From positions 1-39,856 of the IMG/VR virus record IMGVR_UViG_3300028594_000126: a DNA stretch of 39,856 bases. One strand, 5' to 3'. Made by a program: the position numbers and the translations under genes. Below, piece after piece: positions 36,786 through 39,856 of the stretch. How positions within the stretch are numbered: the stretch's first letter is position 1; each line of letters begins with the position of its first letter. The notes below the pieces were generated by a model that was not told the DNA's origin, did no database searches, and saw only the letters and a list, made by a program, of their open reading frames with translations. The DNA is from a virus (lineage: Duplodnaviria; Caudoviricetes).

Positions 36786-36788
36786 CCA

Positions 36789-36965
36789 ATGTATATGGGG
36801 ATGAAGTCTGTAATGGTCTTTGATCCAAACGATTCCCAAGAGGAGACCGAACGAAAGTGGGTTGAGTGGAACATGAACAAAAGCGCTGTTCAAGACAAAG
36901 CTGTTCCAAACGTGGAGGAAACAAGAAAATACTTGGACGGATTGAGGAAGGCTGAATCCTCATGA
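36789..36965 (+). CDS. 58-aa hypothetical protein, not in the ORF track
   Basis: MYMGMKSVMVFDPND...VPNVEETRKYLDGLRKAESS*; ATGA overlap with the next gene. Confidence 0.55.
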   Translation: MYMGMKSVMVFDPNDSQEETERKWVEWNMNKSAVQDKAVPNVEETRKYLDGLRKAESS

Positions 36966-37156
36966 GTAATCAATCAAGCGGAATCCAATTCGCAAGAGAG
37001 CTTCAGCAAATAAAGCAGCAAATGCCGTTACATGTTGAAGCATTAATTATGGACGCTGATTTGAAACATAAATATTTCAGAGCGCTAATTAAAAGTGGTT
37101 TTACAGAAAAGCAAGCATTGGAAATCGTCAAAGCAAAAGTTCAAGGAGGAATGTAA
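36962..37156 (+). CDS. Hypothetical protein
   Basis: LIKSGFTEKQALEIVK motif common in small phage proteins. Confidence 0.7.
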   Translation: MSNQSSGIQFARELQQIKQQMPLHVEALIMDADLKHKYFRALIKSGFTEKQALEIVKAKVQGGM

Positions 37157-37669
37157 GTGAGTTTAAATAGAGTGGTTTTAGTCGGAAGGTTAACAAGGGA
37201 TCCTGAGCTCAGATATACACCGAATGGGATAGCGGTCGCCAACTTTAATATTGCGGTGAACCGTCCGTTCAAAGACCAGAATGGAGAAAACCAAGCGGAC
37301 TTCATCAATGGAGTCGTTTGGAGAAAACAAGCCGAAAATCTTGCTAATTACATGAAAAAGGGAAACCAAATCGGCATAGATGGTCGGATTCAAACGAGGA
37401 CTTATGAAGGTCAGGACGGAAAAACGGTCTACGTTACGGAGGTTCTTGCCGAAAGCATTCAATTCTTGGAGTCAAAAGGTTCGTCACAAGGCAGCCAAGG
37501 CGGCGGGCAGAATCAATCTGGAAACCAGCAAAACAGTAGCCAGAACAATAATCAAAACAACCAAAATCAATATCAAAATCAGGGAGCAGCACAAAATCAA
37601 ACCAATAACCAAAACTCGTTTGGCAACAACCAGCCGTTCGACATAAGTGATGACGATCTCCCATTCTGA
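37157..37669 (+). CDS. ssb: Single-stranded DNA-binding protein
   Basis: [21 protein letters not shown] fold; DISDDDLPF tail. Confidence 0.97.
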   Translation: MSLNRVVLVGRLTRDPELRYTPNGIAVANFNIAVNRPFKDQNGENQADFINGVVWRKQAENLANYMKKGNQIGIDGRIQTRTYEGQDGKTVYVTEVLAESIQFLESKGSSQGSQGGGQNQSGNQQNSSQNNNQNNQNQYQNQGAAQNQTNNQNSFGNNQPFDISDDDLPF

Positions 37670-37707
37670 CCAGCGTGTACTGTGTAAGTGAAAGGAGGTT
37701 ATAAGCG

Positions 37708-38505
37708 TTGAAAAAAGTGAAAGCAAGACGCTGGAGCGATGAAGATATTGAGTATCTTGAATCCAGTTGGGGTGCGGTCAGCATAAAAGGGATTGCGAAA
37801 AAGCTAGGAAGGTCAATAAATGCAGTTAAGTTAAAGGCTCAAAGAATCGGTCTTGATGACGCTAGAACACACTACGACGGAATTACAGTTAGTCAACTTT
37901 CTTCAGTATTGAATACAGATTATGGGACTTTAAAGAACTGGATTAAGTCATATAGTTTTCCAGCTAAGAAGAAAACTTTCGCAGTAGAAAATAAAGTCCT
38001 AGTGGTAGCATACGACGATTTTTGGAAGTGGGCAGAAGACAATAAGCACATGCTAGATTTTAGCAGACTGGAAAGGCTATCGATTGGGCCAGAACCAGAA
38101 TGGGTGGAAGAGAAAAGAAAAGCGGATCAATTGACCAAATTGCATACACCAAAACCACATAACACACCGTGGAGCACAGGTGATGACGCAAGGTTAAAGT
38201 GGATGCTTCAACAACATAGATATTCTTATCCCGAAATAGCTAATGAAGTGAAGCGGACTCAAGCTGCAGTCAAAAGAAGAATACTTGATTTGGGTTTAAA
38301 AGAAAGACCAGTCAGATTGCCTAATAATAGAAAATACACCGAAAAAGAGGAAAAACAGTTAGTCGAAATGTTAGAAAAAGGATATTGCTTTGAGGAAATA
38401 TCCGAGCGTCTGGACAGGAGTGCTTTTGGTGTTAGAGGAAAAGCAGAAAGAATGGGATATAAATTTAAAAACGGAGTTCCATATAAATCGGATGAGGTGA
38501 GCTGA
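37708..38505 (+). CDS. Multi-HTH/Myb-like repeat DNA-binding protein
   Basis: Three W/Y-S/T-x-E/D-E/D...IA..L.RS/T..AV repeats. Confidence 0.7.
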   Translation: MKKVKARRWSDEDIEYLESSWGAVSIKGIAKKLGRSINAVKLKAQRIGLDDARTHYDGITVSQLSSVLNTDYGTLKNWIKSYSFPAKKKTFAVENKVLVVAYDDFWKWAEDNKHMLDFSRLERLSIGPEPEWVEEKRKADQLTKLHTPKPHNTPWSTGDDARLKWMLQQHRYSYPEIANEVKRTQAAVKRRILDLGLKERPVRLPNNRKYTEKEEKQLVEMLEKGYCFEEISERLDRSAFGVRGKAERMGYKFKNGVPYKSDEVS

Positions 38506-38506
38506 T

Positions 38507-38674
38507 ATGTCCGTGATCGATAGCAATTCCAAAATATGCATTGAATGCAAACGCAATGTTGTGCACTTTCATCGCAGTTATTTTTGTAAGAGCTGCATCC
38601 GTGGTTTTTTCAATAAAAATAAAGCAGAAAGAGGGCTTGTACTACCAAATCATAAACGAGCGTTATCTGCATAA
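38507..38674 (+). CDS. 55-aa zinc-finger protein, not in the ORF track
   Basis: MSVIDSNSKICIECK...FCKSCIRG; SD GAGGTGA. Confidence 0.6.
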   Translation: MSVIDSNSKICIECKRNVVHFHRSYFCKSCIRGFFNKNKAERGLVLPNHKRALSA

Positions 38675-38819
38675 AAGACCAATCATATTCAGTTCCAACG
38701 AGGATGCTGGGACATTGAGTGAAAAGATTGGATATGCAGCATCCAGCAGATTAACAGGAATGTGCGGAGATAGATTGTATCAGGTTGAAGGTAACGATTA
38801 CAGACTGCGGAAAGGATGA
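38628..38819 (+). pseudogene. 3' remnant of a second DnaC/IstB-like gene
   Basis: KEGLYYQIINERY..KRPIIFSSN...SRLTGMC...VEGNDYR is a DnaC-type C-terminus; no Walker A/B and no SD. Confidence 0.75.
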
Positions 38820-38825
38820 ATTTAA

Positions 38826-38999
38826 ATGTGCACAACCTGCAACGGCACCGGAGGCATTACCATACAGCATACCTGGGGCGCGGAAATCTATCCCTGCAAG
38901 AATCCAAACTGCGATTATGACCGACAAGCAGCACAGCGGGAAACGGATGAGGTTATGCGCCGAATGACAGCAGAGATAATGGCGCGTGAGGTCTCATGA
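38826..38999 (+). CDS. 57-aa zinc-finger protein, not in the ORF track
   Basis: MCTTCNGTGG...PCKNPNC; SD AAAGGATGA; ATGA overlap with the next gene. Confidence 0.7.
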   Translation: MCTTCNGTGGITIQHTWGAEIYPCKNPNCDYDRQAAQRETDEVMRRMTAEIMAREVS

Positions 39000-39244
39000 A
39001 TACGATGCACCATGCGCCGCAGCTATATTCAGAGTTAGCGAGGGATAACGTCATCATCCTAGACGAATTAGAGTTTATCTTTCCGAGATGGCAGTTGGAC
39101 GAAATAACAGAAATGTGGAACGACGGCATGGAACTGGAAGAGATAGCAAAAATACAGCGCCGGGATGCAAGAGAGGTCTTCTTGGCCCTCTTCCACCAGG
39201 CGGATAAGAACAAGGTGACTAGAGCATTTGCGTATAGGAGGTAA
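38996..39244 (+). CDS. Hypothetical HTH-like protein
   Basis: EMWNDGMELEEIAK...REV motif. Confidence 0.65.
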   Translation: MNTMHHAPQLYSELARDNVIILDELEFIFPRWQLDEITEMWNDGMELEEIAKIQRRDAREVFLALFHQADKNKVTRAFAYRR

Positions 39245-39248
39245 ACCA

Positions 39249-39521
39249 ATGAGCGAAGAATACAGCGGCGTTGTAGGGAAGATAGCAAAAGCTGGAATAA
39301 GCATCGACAGCGTAAACCACCCGCCGCACTATCAGGGCAAAGTGGAAGTCATTGAGATTATCGAACAACTGACAGAAGGCATGGAAGGCAGTAAGGCATA
39401 TAAGCTGGGCAATGTCATTAAGTACATTTTCCGGCACGAGCAAAAGGGCGGATTGGAAGATTTGAAGAAAGCTGCATGGTACTTGAACCGGACAATTGAG
39501 GATATGGAGGGGAAGGCATGA
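39249..39521 (+). CDS. DUF3310-family protein
   Basis: DSVNHPPHY, GNVIKY and EDLKKAAWYL motifs; SD AGGAGGT. Confidence 0.88.
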   Translation: MSEEYSGVVGKIAKAGISIDSVNHPPHYQGKVEVIEIIEQLTEGMEGSKAYKLGNVIKYIFRHEQKGGLEDLKKAAWYLNRTIEDMEGKA

Positions 39522-39739
39522 ACGTTGAAAAGGTATTCCTTAATGAATGTTGGTTAGGAGTTGGCGGGAACACACCCTGGGGGATTCCCGGAATTATAAA
39601 AGAAATAAAAATTTATGAAATCGATCCTAGAAATTTTAATGGGGCAGATAGCGCTCAGATAGTCATTATTTTTGACAACGGAAAAGAAGTACGCGCACGG
39701 GTCAAAGAGTATATGTATCTGACCGGGGATGCCCAATGA
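39518..39739 (+). CDS. Hypothetical protein
   Basis: 73 aa, ATGA overlap with the upstream gene, SD GGAGGGG. Confidence 0.6.
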   Translation: MNVEKVFLNECWLGVGGNTPWGIPGIIKEIKIYEIDPRNFNGADSAQIVIIFDNGKEVRARVKEYMYLTGDAQ

Positions 39740-39856
39740 AAATAATCTTTAAAACCCACCCCAGCCGCAGGGGAGAGCAGAGCAACTATAACCCGAGAGT
39801 GAGCGACTTTGATAATGCACTGGCAGCACATCCGGGAAGAGAAGGCATGTTAAATG

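Larger units (their letters stand above)
1..39856. mobile_element. Temperate Bacillaceae-type myophage genome (PBSX/skin-like morphogenesis genes), partial at both ends
   Basis: Contiguous terminase-portal-capsid-sheath-tube-baseplate-lysis-integrase-immunity-replication order. No host housekeeping genes; Firmicutes-type SD sequences. Confidence 0.97.

Noticed and set aside
37480-37640. N/Q-rich repeats in ssb
   Set aside because: Ordinary disordered SSB linker.
38785-38967. 60-aa ORF from the track
   Set aside because: The alternative frame 38826-38999 has an SD, a zinc-finger motif and stop/start coupling.
1-39856. Second VR or additional DGR target
   Set aside because: No further copy of the TR core was noticed by eye. 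A BLASTN of TR against the full genome and host is needed to exclude remote targets.
39736-39856. ORF running off the window end
   Set aside because: Only 40 codons are visible and no motif is recognisable.

Overview
The whole window is a temperate Bacillaceae-type myophage with a PBSX/skin-like (xkd/yqb) head and contractile-tail module. It opens inside terL and runs: head and tail genes (1-18.8 kb), receptor-binding region, lysis cassette, an apparently intact attP, a leftward integrase/ImmA/repressor block, and a rightward early and replication operon that runs off the end. The main result is a complete diversity-generating retroelement (DGR) where a tail fibre would normally be: target gene 20048-21055 (CLec/FGE-like fold), avd 21125-21469, template repeat (TR) 21496-21613 and reverse transcriptase 21784-22863. 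By hand alignment, the variable repeat (VR, 20926-21043) and TR match over 118 bp with 13 mismatches, and all 13 are at TR adenines. Other signals: a GGTA-loop hairpin after VR, long-range pairing around TR, a 7-codon upstream ORF overlapping the RT start, and atypical RT motif residues. Outside the DGR there is an attP core resembling the rpsI 3' end flanked by 2+3 arm repeats, two antisense promoter-terminator mini-RNA units, a long G-U-containing RNA hairpin with a C-rich loop, a -1 frameshift tail chaperone, an iteron origin and a remnant of a second dnaC-like gene. All protein family calls come from motif recall and synteny; no database searches were run.
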